IMG/VR virus record: IMGVR_UViG_2795386107_000001
Span: 8,822 to 72,821 of that record
Length of the DNA: 64,000 bases
Direction: 5' to 3' (one strand)
From: a virus
Lineage: Duplodnaviria; Caudoviricetes
The translations under genes were made by a program, and so were the position numbers. This document shows positions 27,499 to 35,800 of this stretch, piece by piece. The notes under the pieces are model-generated. The model did no database searches. It was not told the origin of the DNA and worked only from the letters and a program-made list of their open reading frames with translations. Positions within the stretch are counted from its first letter, which is position 1, and every line of letters begins with the position of its first letter.

Positions 27499-27755
27499 CC
27501 GTTGGACTCACCGCGCCGCCGGTGCCTGGCCACCGTGTACGCGGTGATCGGGTCGCCGTACCGGCTGAGAGTGTCGGCAATGGCCTTGGCGGTGACACGG
27601 TCGGAGTCCAGTGCCGCGCGGAGGGAGACCGCTACGTCATCATCTGCGACGGCCAGGAAGGCGCCGACGCTGCATTGGGGGCCCCGGTGAGTGGCGGGAG
27701 CGCCGGCGAGCGCGTCCAACTCTTCCGCGAGGCCAATGGGTTGCTTCTCGATCAC
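27480..27755 (-). CDS. Small Cys/His-containing HTH-like protein
   Basis: GTG after GGAGG; GPQCSVG..AKAIADTL..VARHRR..CRC; coupled to the phosphoesterase gene. Confidence 0.7.
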   Translation of the reverse strand: MIEKQPIGLAEELDALAGAPATHRGPQCSVGAFLAVADDDVAVSLRAALDSDRVTAKAIADTLSRYGDPITAYTVARHRRRGESNGCRCDR

Positions 27756-27835
27756 CGGCGTCCTCCGTCGTCGTGATGGTGGTACGTGGAGGGGGTGCAC
27801 CCGCGGTCGGGCGCACCCCCTCACCCGCGTCCTGG

Positions 27836-29128
27836 TCAGCCGGTCGGCTGGGTCCAGGTGCCGATGACGAACGACTCGGGGCGCGGGACCTCGAGGGCCA
27901 GGCGCTCGTCGGCACGGAAGGTGATCAGGCCCTTCTCGAAGTTGTCCGCGTTCTCCGAGGAGACGGTGACGCTGACGTTCTCCCTGTCGTGGAGCTGGGC
28001 ACCCAACCCGAAGGCGCCGATCAGGAAGTCGTCGTCCGCCATGGCCGTGGTCTCGACGACGTTGAGCCGCCAGACCTTCTTCTCCGCGCCGATGGCGACG
28101 GCGACGGCGACGCGGAACGCGCCGTTCTTGTCCTCTTCGACCTCGACGTGCTCCCACATCGTCGGGGACAGGACGATGCCGGTCGGCTCGTACTCGGCCA
28201 GGAGCGCCTTGGTGATGGCGCGCCGGATCTGGACGCTGTACTTGTCGGTCGCGAGGCCGGTGTACTGCTGGACTCCGGGGGTGTTGTAGATGCCGGTGAG
28301 GGACTGGCCGTCGCCGACGGAGTGGAGAAGGTCCCAGTCCTCCTGGTACTTGACGCCCTCGACCATGCGCCCGTTGATGAACGTCTTGAGGCGCGGCTCG
28401 TCGCTCAGGATGTTCTTATGCGCGTCGATCAGGTGGGCGACTTCGGCGACCGGGTACATCACCGGGGTGAGGGACAGCTTCGACCGCGGCGCGCGGCCCC
28501 AGGTGTCGGTGTCCGCGCCGGTTGCCGGGCTGACGCCGTCGGCGGCGTAGCGCTCCTTCACCTGTCGGGCGTTGTTGGTCCAGCCGGTCTCTCGGGCGCC
28601 GTAGAGGACGGCGTTCTTCGTCGAGGACTTCGGGAACAGGTCGCGGATGTGCCACTTGCGGTAGGCCCGCTCGGCGATGCCCAGGTTCTGGACGCTGCCG
28701 AGGGTCTGGTGCGTGACCGTGCCCGCTGACAGGGAGAAGATCGACTTCCCCTCCATCTCGGCACGGACGTACGGCCGATCGCGGAAGCCGGCCTCTGCGG
28801 CGCGCTTGAAGGAGTCGGACTCGACGAACAGGTCACCGAGCGACTTCTGCTCCATGGTCGGGGTCTGCCCGTAGTGGGTGGCCGCGGCCGGCGGGTTCTC
28901 CGGGGCGTCGAGGTACGACTTGACCTCGATCAGGCCCTGCTCGGCGTCGATGAGGGCCTTGATCTCCTGCGCCTCGCTGGAGACCTTGCGGAACTTGGTG
29001 GCCTGCTCGGTGGAGACGACGAAGCCGCCACCGTCCTCGACCTTGAATCCCTTGCTGATCTCCTCGGCCTCCGCGGCCTTCACCTGGAGCTGCCGCTGCA
29101 GTTCCTTGATGCGAGCGTTGTCGGGCAT
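27836..29128 (-). CDS. Major capsid protein (HK97 fold)
   Basis: N-terminal coiled-coil delta domain, IRDLFP, ILSDEPRLKTFINGRM..LLHSVGDG..TGI, FEKGLITFRADERLALEVPRPESFV. Confidence 0.95.
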   Translation of the reverse strand: MPDNARIKELQRQLQVKAAEAEEISKGFKVEDGGGFVVSTEQATKFRKVSSEAQEIKALIDAEQGLIEVKSYLDAPENPPAAATHYGQTPTMEQKSLGDLFVESDSFKRAAEAGFRDRPYVRAEMEGKSIFSLSAGTVTHQTLGSVQNLGIAERAYRKWHIRDLFPKSSTKNAVLYGARETGWTNNARQVKERYAADGVSPATGADTDTWGRAPRSKLSLTPVMYPVAEVAHLIDAHKNILSDEPRLKTFINGRMVEGVKYQEDWDLLHSVGDGQSLTGIYNTPGVQQYTGLATDKYSVQIRRAITKALLAEYEPTGIVLSPTMWEHVEVEEDKNGAFRVAVAVAIGAEKKVWRLNVVETTAMADDDFLIGAFGLGAQLHDRENVSVTVSSENADNFEKGLITFRADERLALEVPRPESFVIGTWTQPTG

Positions 29129-29213
29129 TTCTGCTCTCTCCCTGATGCTGGGGTGCGGTTGACGTGCGTCGCTCCGCCCGGCCAGCACCGGGACAGCCTC
29201 AACGCGAGGCGGA

Positions 29214-29249
29214 ATGGAAAGGGGAGAGAGGGGTTAATGTCGCGTGCTG
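29214..29249 (-). promoter_or_regulatory. Bipartite promoter-like motif (major capsid), variant -10 box
   Basis: CAGCACGCGACATTAAC; the 22-nt offset slot reads TTCCAT instead of CANNNT. Confidence 0.6.
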
Positions 29250-29353
29250 CCCGCTCAGTTCGTCAAGAGCGGGCAGCACATAGGGTGTGACCTGCGGTTT
29301 CATCGATGTGGGGCCGGTTGCCCGCGGTCGTGGACGAGAGGCTGAGTCGCGAC

Positions 29354-31549
29354 TCAGCTCTGCAGCAAGGCGAGTGCGGCCTTCACCTCGTCCGCCTCCA
29401 GCCGCACCGTGGCGGGGTCCTTCTTGTCCTGGTCGACGGCGTCCTCGGGGGCCGTGCCTTCGCTCGACGTCTCGTCCTCGGTGGGCACTTCGTCGTCGTC
29501 GCCGTCGTCGAAGGTGTACTCGTCCCACAGGTCCATGCCGGTCGGACCGGCCGCGCGGTTGGGTGCCGGGGCGGGCTGCTTCGGCGGCTGGTCGACGTCG
29601 AGTCCCTTGCGGGACAGGGCGCTGATGAGGGCGCGCACCTTGTCGCGTACGCCTTCGAGCTGGCCGGGGTTCGCGTCCGATGTGCTGATGCGGGCGGTGG
29701 CGTCGCTGAGTGCGTCGACAGTGGGCTGCACGACGCGGGCGTCGATCTCCTCGTCCTCATCTGCCTCGCGCGGGCCGTCGTCGTCATCGGGGACGACCAC
29801 GGTTGCCAGCTCCACGCGCTGCGGTTGCCCCAGCGCCACGTCGTCCGCGTCGCCGTCTCCTCCGAGCGTGTACGGGACCAGGTAGTGCTGCTCGTCTTCG
29901 CCGTCGGAGTGGACGGAGGCGATGACGTGGTCCGGGTAGGTGCCCTGGATGCATGCCCACGTGTCTTCGTCCGCGGCGAGGAGGGTGCGGACGGCTTGGC
30001 CGAGTCGGTCGCGGATCTGCTCGAACGAGGCGGGAAGGGGCTGGATCGTGTTCATGGGCTCTCCAGGGGCGGCGAGGCGGGCTTTGGCTTCGAGGACGGC
30101 GCGGTGAGCGCTCTTGCTCTCGGCGGCGTGGGTGGCGGGGTAGATCCCCAGGGCGTCTTTGTGGCGCAGGTTGCAGTAGCCCTTGGCGTTGTCCGGGCTC
30201 ATGTGGCGTCCGGCGATGGCGACGCAGCGGTTGAAGTCGCCGGGGGTGCCCCAGCCGATTTGGGCGCCGCCTTCGCCGTGGACGTACCAGTGCCGCAACT
30301 GCTCGGCGTCGCCGCGGTTCTGGTCCGTGCCCCCGGCGGCCTTGGCCTCAGCGACCATGGCGCGTGCCGACTTGTGCTCGACCTGCGATCCGTGGATGCG
30401 GGCGGCCGCCACGGCGGCCCGCGTGGACTTCTTCTCTCCGCCGAGGGCGGCGTAGGTGTTCATGACGCCGGCGGCGAACTGCTGGGCTTCGGGGCTGGGC
30501 TGTGTGCTCGGCGGGCCCTGGGGCAGGGTGGCACCGGCCAGGAGCGACCAGGGGGTGTCTCGGCACTCCGGCCGGAGCAGCGACATGTCGGGGAGGGCGG
30601 TGATGGGCCACCAGGCGGTGACCTCCGTAGCCTCGCCGTCCGGGTCGTCGGGGTTGGCCACGCGCCGCTCACCGTGGGGCCGGTTGAGCGAGACGGCCGA
30701 CTCGCTGGGGACGACCGCGACATAGCCGCGGTAGATGCCGTTCGGGGCGGTCCAGGAACCGACGATGCTTGCCGTTCCCGGCAGGTCTGCGCCGGTCTCT
30801 TCCTGCCACTCGCGCAGGGCCGCGGCGAGGGCGTCTTCGTCCTTCTCCCGGTGACCGCCGGGGAACTCCCAGGTGCCGGCTGCCGGATCGTCGTCTTCGA
30901 GGGCGCGCTGGATGAGCAGTACGCGGCCGGTGTCGGCTGCCTTGAGGGCCAGGCCCGCGACCTTGATGCGGTCCTCGTCCTTGACGGCTTCGAGTTCGAC
31001 GGGGCTCGGGGTGGCCTTGTACTCCATGCCGGGGTTGGCTGCGGCCTTGACCTCGAGGGCCCGGGTCATGGGGTGCGCGCCGTGCAGGACGGGGCTGACC
31101 TCGAAGAGGTCGAGTCGGTGGATGACGCGGACGCCGTCAGCGCGGCGGGCGGCTCCGTCAGCGGGGACGCGGTAGCCGATGGAGAACGCGGCTTCGCCGT
31201 GCTCGTACCACTGTTTGACCTGCTCGTAGGTGTCGCGGCCCTTGCTGGTGCGGCGGTTGTACTCGACGGTTGCGACCAGGGCGCCGGCTTCGGCAGGCCA
31301 GTTGGGAATCTCGGCGAACCGGGGGTCGCCGGGCATCCACTCCTCGACGGCCAGGACGACGCCGACGGCATCCTTCCATTCGTGGTGCCAGACGGCTTTG
31401 ACGCGGCGGGTGGCGAGGGTGTGAGCGAAGGCGCCGGGGACGATGAGGTCGTTGACCTCGTCGACCACACCAGTGACGGCGTAGATTGCCCGGCTGGTGC
31501 CTCGCAGGGTGCTGGGGTGTGACGATCTTGTGGGTGGAGCGCTCGGCAC
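29354..31549 (-). CDS. HK97-type prohead protease fused to NUDIX hydrolase and scaffold-like C-terminal domains
   Basis: Protease: GVVDEVNDLIVPGAF, VWHH, FSIGY, LFEVSPVLHGAHP. Intact NUDIX box GGHREKDEDALAAALREWQEETG. Then an IGWGTPGDFNRC..GYCNLRH domain and an acidic tail. Confidence 0.9.
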   Translation of the reverse strand: MPSAPPTRSSHPSTLRGTSRAIYAVTGVVDEVNDLIVPGAFAHTLATRRVKAVWHHEWKDAVGVVLAVEEWMPGDPRFAEIPNWPAEAGALVATVEYNRRTSKGRDTYEQVKQWYEHGEAAFSIGYRVPADGAARRADGVRVIHRLDLFEVSPVLHGAHPMTRALEVKAAANPGMEYKATPSPVELEAVKDEDRIKVAGLALKAADTGRVLLIQRALEDDDPAAGTWEFPGGHREKDEDALAAALREWQEETGADLPGTASIVGSWTAPNGIYRGYVAVVPSESAVSLNRPHGERRVANPDDPDGEATEVTAWWPITALPDMSLLRPECRDTPWSLLAGATLPQGPPSTQPSPEAQQFAAGVMNTYAALGGEKKSTRAAVAAARIHGSQVEHKSARAMVAEAKAAGGTDQNRGDAEQLRHWYVHGEGGAQIGWGTPGDFNRCVAIAGRHMSPDNAKGYCNLRHKDALGIYPATHAAESKSAHRAVLEAKARLAAPGEPMNTIQPLPASFEQIRDRLGQAVRTLLAADEDTWACIQGTYPDHVIASVHSDGEDEQHYLVPYTLGGDGDADDVALGQPQRVELATVVVPDDDDGPREADEDEEIDARVVQPTVDALSDATARISTSDANPGQLEGVRDKVRALISALSRKGLDVDQPPKQPAPAPNRAAGPTGMDLWDEYTFDDGDDDEVPTEDETSSEGTAPEDAVDQDKKDPATVRLEADEVKAALALLQS

Positions 31550-31588
31550 GGCGGGAAACCTCCGGCGGTGGACAGTGGGCCGCCGGGC

Positions 31589-31624
31589 ACCGTGCCGTTC
31601 GCGTCTGTCTAGTGTCCTGTGCTG
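31589..31624 (-). promoter_or_regulatory. Bipartite promoter-like motif (protease)
   Basis: CAGCACAGGACACTAG with CACGGT at the 22-nt offset. Confidence 0.65.
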
Positions 31625-31818
31625 GCCGCAGGCTCGGCCTGGGCGTCCTCAGCCTCCGAGCGGGCCATGGACCAGCCGCGCGACCAGTAGCGATAGCCGA
31701 ACTGCTGCTCCGCGTTTCCGAGGCGGTCGTACGGGCTGGCATCGCCCGGGTCGCCGGCCTGGTAGGCGGCCTTGCCCTCCTGCTGCAACCGCAGGGCGGT
31801 CGCACGGTTCAACTGCAC
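31609..31818 (-). CDS. Rmf/CrpP-fold small protein
   Basis: EGKAAYQAG..SPY..YWSRGW matches the ribosome-modulation-factor-like pattern; RBS AGGGAG. Confidence 0.7.
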   Translation of the reverse strand: MQLNRATALRLQQEGKAAYQAGDPGDASPYDRLGNAEQQFGYRYWSRGWSMARSEAEDAQAEPAASTGH

Positions 31819-31830
31819 GTCGTCAGCTCC

Positions 31831-32433
31831 CTACTGGAACATCGAGTCCTGTACGCCGCGGTCGCTCGCAGGAGCGGCCTGGGGCGGGCTGGCGGCCTCG
31901 TCGGCTTTGCTGTGCGTTCGGGTCATGTGGGCGTCGTCGACGTCGATCGCCCACGCGTCCGGGTCTGTGTAACGCCACACCTGTCCTGTCCCATCCCTCA
32001 CCCATCCGGTCAGTGTGCCGTCCGGGTCCTGATCCAGCCACGCCTGTTCGCCGTTGCTGCCGGTGTAGGAGGCGAAGGCGTTGGCCGGGTCCGTCTCGTC
32101 GCCCTCGTCGTAGGGATCGCCTGCCCACTGGCGGGCGTCGTCGGAAGGCGGTTCCGGGGCGTCGGCCGGTGGCTCGTTGCCGGGCGGTTGTGTCCCGTCG
32201 GCGGGCTGCTCCGGCGGTGCGGCCGGTTCCGGGGCGGCCGGGTCTGCTGGTGGTGCGCCCGGGTCCGTCGGGTCGGCCGGATCGCTGGGCGTCTCCTCTG
32301 CGAGCGCCCCCGGGTCGAGGTCCTCGTCGGGCGTCTCCGCGCCGGGGTCCGTGGTCTGTTCGTCGTCCTCTTCCCCGAACGGCTTGCCGCCCTTCTTGGG
32401 GAGAGCCTTGATGGCGTATCCGTATCTGGTCAC
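31831..32433 (-). CDS. Acidic Pro-rich hypothetical head-module protein (probably leaderless)
   Basis: GTG 6 nt after a CATCCT box; globular C-terminus AWLDQDPDGTLTGWVRD..VWRY. Confidence 0.7.
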   Translation of the reverse strand: MTRYGYAIKALPKKGGKPFGEEDDEQTTDPGAETPDEDLDPGALAEETPSDPADPTDPGAPPADPAAPEPAAPPEQPADGTQPPGNEPPADAPEPPSDDARQWAGDPYDEGDETDPANAFASYTGSNGEQAWLDQDPDGTLTGWVRDGTGQVWRYTDPDAWAIDVDDAHMTRTHSKADEAASPPQAAPASDRGVQDSMFQ

Positions 32434-32439
32434 GGGCGG

Positions 32440-32475
32440 AGGATGGAGGGGCGAAGCCGTTTGTGTCCCGGCCTC
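32440..32475 (-). promoter_or_regulatory. Bipartite promoter-like motif
   Basis: GAGGCCGGGACACAAAC with CATCCT at the 22-nt offset. Confidence 0.65.
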
Positions 32476-32493
32476 ACCCCGCCACCTCACGGA

Positions 32494-32523
32494 CCAAGAT
32501 CGTTCTTGCACAATTGTGCAAGC
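32494..32523. repeat. 30-bp palindromic element (copy 2, inverted)
   Basis: Exact reverse complement of 26201-26230. Confidence 0.9.
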
Positions 32524-32531
32524 CCCTCGGA

Positions 32532-32804
32532 TCAGCTCTCTGGCACGCGTGCCTGCCGGGGCGCGCCCTGCCCCTCGTCGAACACGTGGGTGTGCTCGCG
32601 GAGTACGGCGAGCACGGTCGCCTCATCACCTCCGGCCACCGTCCGCACGGGGCCGGTTGGGGACAGGGAGATGGGCTCACCCTGGTGGAGCTCCACCAGG
32701 GCCGCGGCGCGGTGCGACCCGATCACCGGGCGTTCGGCCCGCCCGGTGACCTGCACGCTGTAGGTCGCCCCGTCGTCGAACGCTCCGGTGACGGTGAATG
32801 GCAT
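32532..32804 (-). CDS. Small hypothetical protein directly after the giant gene
   Basis: ATG after GAGGAG overlapping the giant gene's stop; 90 aa. Confidence 0.7.
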   Translation of the reverse strand: MPFTVTGAFDDGATYSVQVTGRAERPVIGSHRAAALVELHQGEPISLSPTGPVRTVAGGDEATVLAVLREHTHVFDEGQGAPRQARVPES

Positions 32805-32815
32805 CAGTGCTCTCC

Positions 32816-35800
32816 TCATCGTGTGGCGAGCAGGCCCAGGAGGAACGCCCGAAGGTCGTCGTCCAGGTACCAGTCGCCGTTAAACATCGACTGAACAGAC
32901 CGCGCGAGGGTGTCACCAGTGTCCGGTTGCGTCTGCTGCCGCGACAGGATGCGGCTCAGGGCACTGCGCCGCATGCGGCGGGCGCCCGGTCGGCCGGTGT
33001 GGGTCTGGGTGAACCAGAAGATCCGCTGAGCGGCGTCCAAGTCGTCCAGGTGCTGCGCCAGATGCTGTGCGAGGGCGTACCCGGCGGTCCCGAGGCCCTC
33101 GTCGGCGAGGTCAGCGACCGTGATCCGCTGGCCGTCGGGCTCGTAGCGGCCCGCGTCGCCGTCCACAGCGGTCACACGGCGCGCGGCCGGGGTGTTGAGC
33201 CACGACCGCGGTACGAGGCGCTGCACGCCCCGTACGGCCCGCTCGGCGTCCGGGGTGCTGTCCGGGCCGAACACGATGCCGGCGTTGCCGCCGGGACCCA
33301 TGTCGCGGATCTCGGCGAGCGCGGCCGCGACCGCATCGGGTACCGCAGCGGCGTACCGGGAACGCAGGTTCTCCCACTCCCGTCGCGCGGCCGCCGCTTC
33401 CATTCGCGCCGCGGCGATCTCCACCTCGAGGTCCGGGTCGTCCGGGATGGTGGAACTGGTGCGCGCCGCCTGGAGGTTGACCAGGCGCCGCTCGGTGGTG
33501 GCCACGTAGTCGTCCGCGTGCTGGAGCGTGCCGTGCGGGTCGCTTCCGAAGTCGTCGCCGAGAGAGTCGGCGAGACGGCGGGTCACCGCCTGGTCGACGT
33601 CGCCGCCGGCCGCCCGCAGGGCAGCCATGTGGCGAAGCCCGGTCGGGCCAGGGCCACCGTCCGCGGCCTGGTCCGGGGACCAGCGGACACGGTCGCTGCG
33701 CCCCGGGAGCCGCCCGGCGGCGAGCTGCGCCCACGTCGTGGGCTGCCACCAGGTGACGCGACGCTGCGCCTGGCCGAACCGTCCGGGCTCCGGCAGGAGT
33801 CCGGCCCAGTGGGAGACCCGGGCGGCCAGGGACTCGCCATCGGCCTCGGGCAGGTCGAGCGCGCGGTGCAGGCGGGCCAGACGCCGGGACTCCGGCCAGT
33901 CACGGACACGGCGGGCGAGTCGGCCGAGGAACGCGCGGAGTCGAGCTATGCGTTCCCGGGCGTCCCGCCACTTCTCGGCGATCTTCTCGGCTCCGGCCTT
34001 CACCAGGAGCGCGATGCGCTTGGCGAGGCGGACGAGCGCCGCGACGATCCGGGCGAGCAGGCCCGGCTGACGGCCGGCCTGCGGCGACGCCGCGGCGACG
34101 CGCCGCGCAATCTGGCGGGCGGTCGCCTGCCGGGAGCCATCCATGCGCCGGGTGATGGCACGGGCGATCCTCTCGGCGTCACCCGGGTCCACGCCCGCGG
34201 CCTGGAGCTGCTGCAGCACGGCGTTCACCGCGTCGTCGACGTGTCCCGCGACGGTGCGGTTGACGTCCGCGTCGCCGTCGGTGTCCGGCCCGTTGGGGGT
34301 GCCTGCGATCCGGTCGGGGATGAGGCTGAGCAGGTCCCGGGCGCGTGCGGCGAGGTCCTCGTCGCTCTCGTCGGGCAGGGGCTCGAGGTCGTTGATGGTG
34401 CGCAGTGCTGCCCGAACCGTCGCGGTGTGGGAGTCCTGCGCTACCGCTCCGAGTGCCAGCATGGCGGCGGAGCGCTCGGGACCGTTGACAGCAGCGGCGT
34501 CGAGGGCGGCTTGAGCGTCCTCGCGTGCTGCCGTACGGGCTTCTTGCAGCGCCTCGGGGGTGAGGCGCTGGGCAATCTGCTCGCGCAGAGCGTGAATGTC
34601 GCCGGGCGGTTCGGTGCCCGCAATGGCCTCGTCGATGATGCGAACGGCAAGGCTACGGGCGTGGTCGCGGATGATCCGGTCTGCGTCGGCCTGCGGCGCC
34701 GGGTTGGGGTCGCGGTGCGCCCCGGCCGGCGGGAGGGCCGGGGAGTTAGGGCCAGCCGGCACAAGCGCGGTGTTGTCGCCCTCGGGCTGCGGCTCACCGA
34801 GCTGCCACAACGGCATCGCACCGTGGACCACACGCCGGCGCGTACGGCCGTCTTCCCCTTCCAGCAGAAGGGAACGGACTCCGCCGGGGCCGTCCTGGAC
34901 GTCGCGAACGCGGTAGACGGTCACACCGTTGCCGCGGGTGTCCGGGAGGGCGATGGTGTCGTCTTCGGCGACCTGAGAGGCGTTGGACGGTCGCGGCCGG
35001 CCGAGTTCAGCCGGAGGTGTCCGGCCAACGGCACGGTCGAGGTGATCCGCGGCGCGCAGTGCAGCACGGCCCTCGGGCGTCGACGGGTCTGCCGAGTCGC
35101 GGAGCTGCGCGGCGAGTGCGGCCGCCTGCTCCGGGGTGACCGGCAGATCCGTCGTGATGCGCACGGCGCCCTGCTGGGCGTCCAGGTCATCGTCCGGGCC
35201 GTCGGCAAGGTCCCCGATGACGTCCCGGTCGCCCGTGGTCAGTTCAGGGTCGACGGTCGGGCCGGTGACCGGCTCGACTCGGTGAGGCGGCTCGTGCACC
35301 GTGAGGTCGTCCGGCGTGTCCGGGGCGTCCTCCGGGCCGAGGTCGGGGGCGCTGCCGTCGGCACCCTGGGCCCGTGGGAGGACCGTGGCGGCGTCCACGT
35401 CGATCTGGCCGATCTCGCCCGTGGTGGTGTCGGCGTAGTCGATGGTGACCCGGTCGCCGTCCCGCTGGGTGCCGGTGACCGCCACGGTGGTGAGGGTGCC
35501 GTCGAGGTCCAGGACCACGACGTCGTCCTCCTTGAGGTCCGCGGCCGCCGGGTCGTCGAGGCCGGTCACCGGGGCGGTGGCCGGGTTGGTGTCGTCCCGG
35601 ACTTCGCCGGCGACGCGGAGGTCTCCGGCGCTGCGGGTGGTGGTGCCTTCAGCGGTGGTGATGGTGACGCGGTCGCCGTTGACCTCGTCGACGGGCCCGA
35701 GCAGCGCACCGTCGGAGTCGGTCACGATGTGGCCCGGGGTAACGCGCTGCCCGGATGCGGTCCAGCCGTCGGGACGGTCGCCGCCGGTCACCGTGAGGGT

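Noticed and set aside
26201-32523. Evidence that the capsid block is currently inverted
   Set aside because: Genes inside and outside the repeats share orientation and normal order, and no recombinase is in the window.
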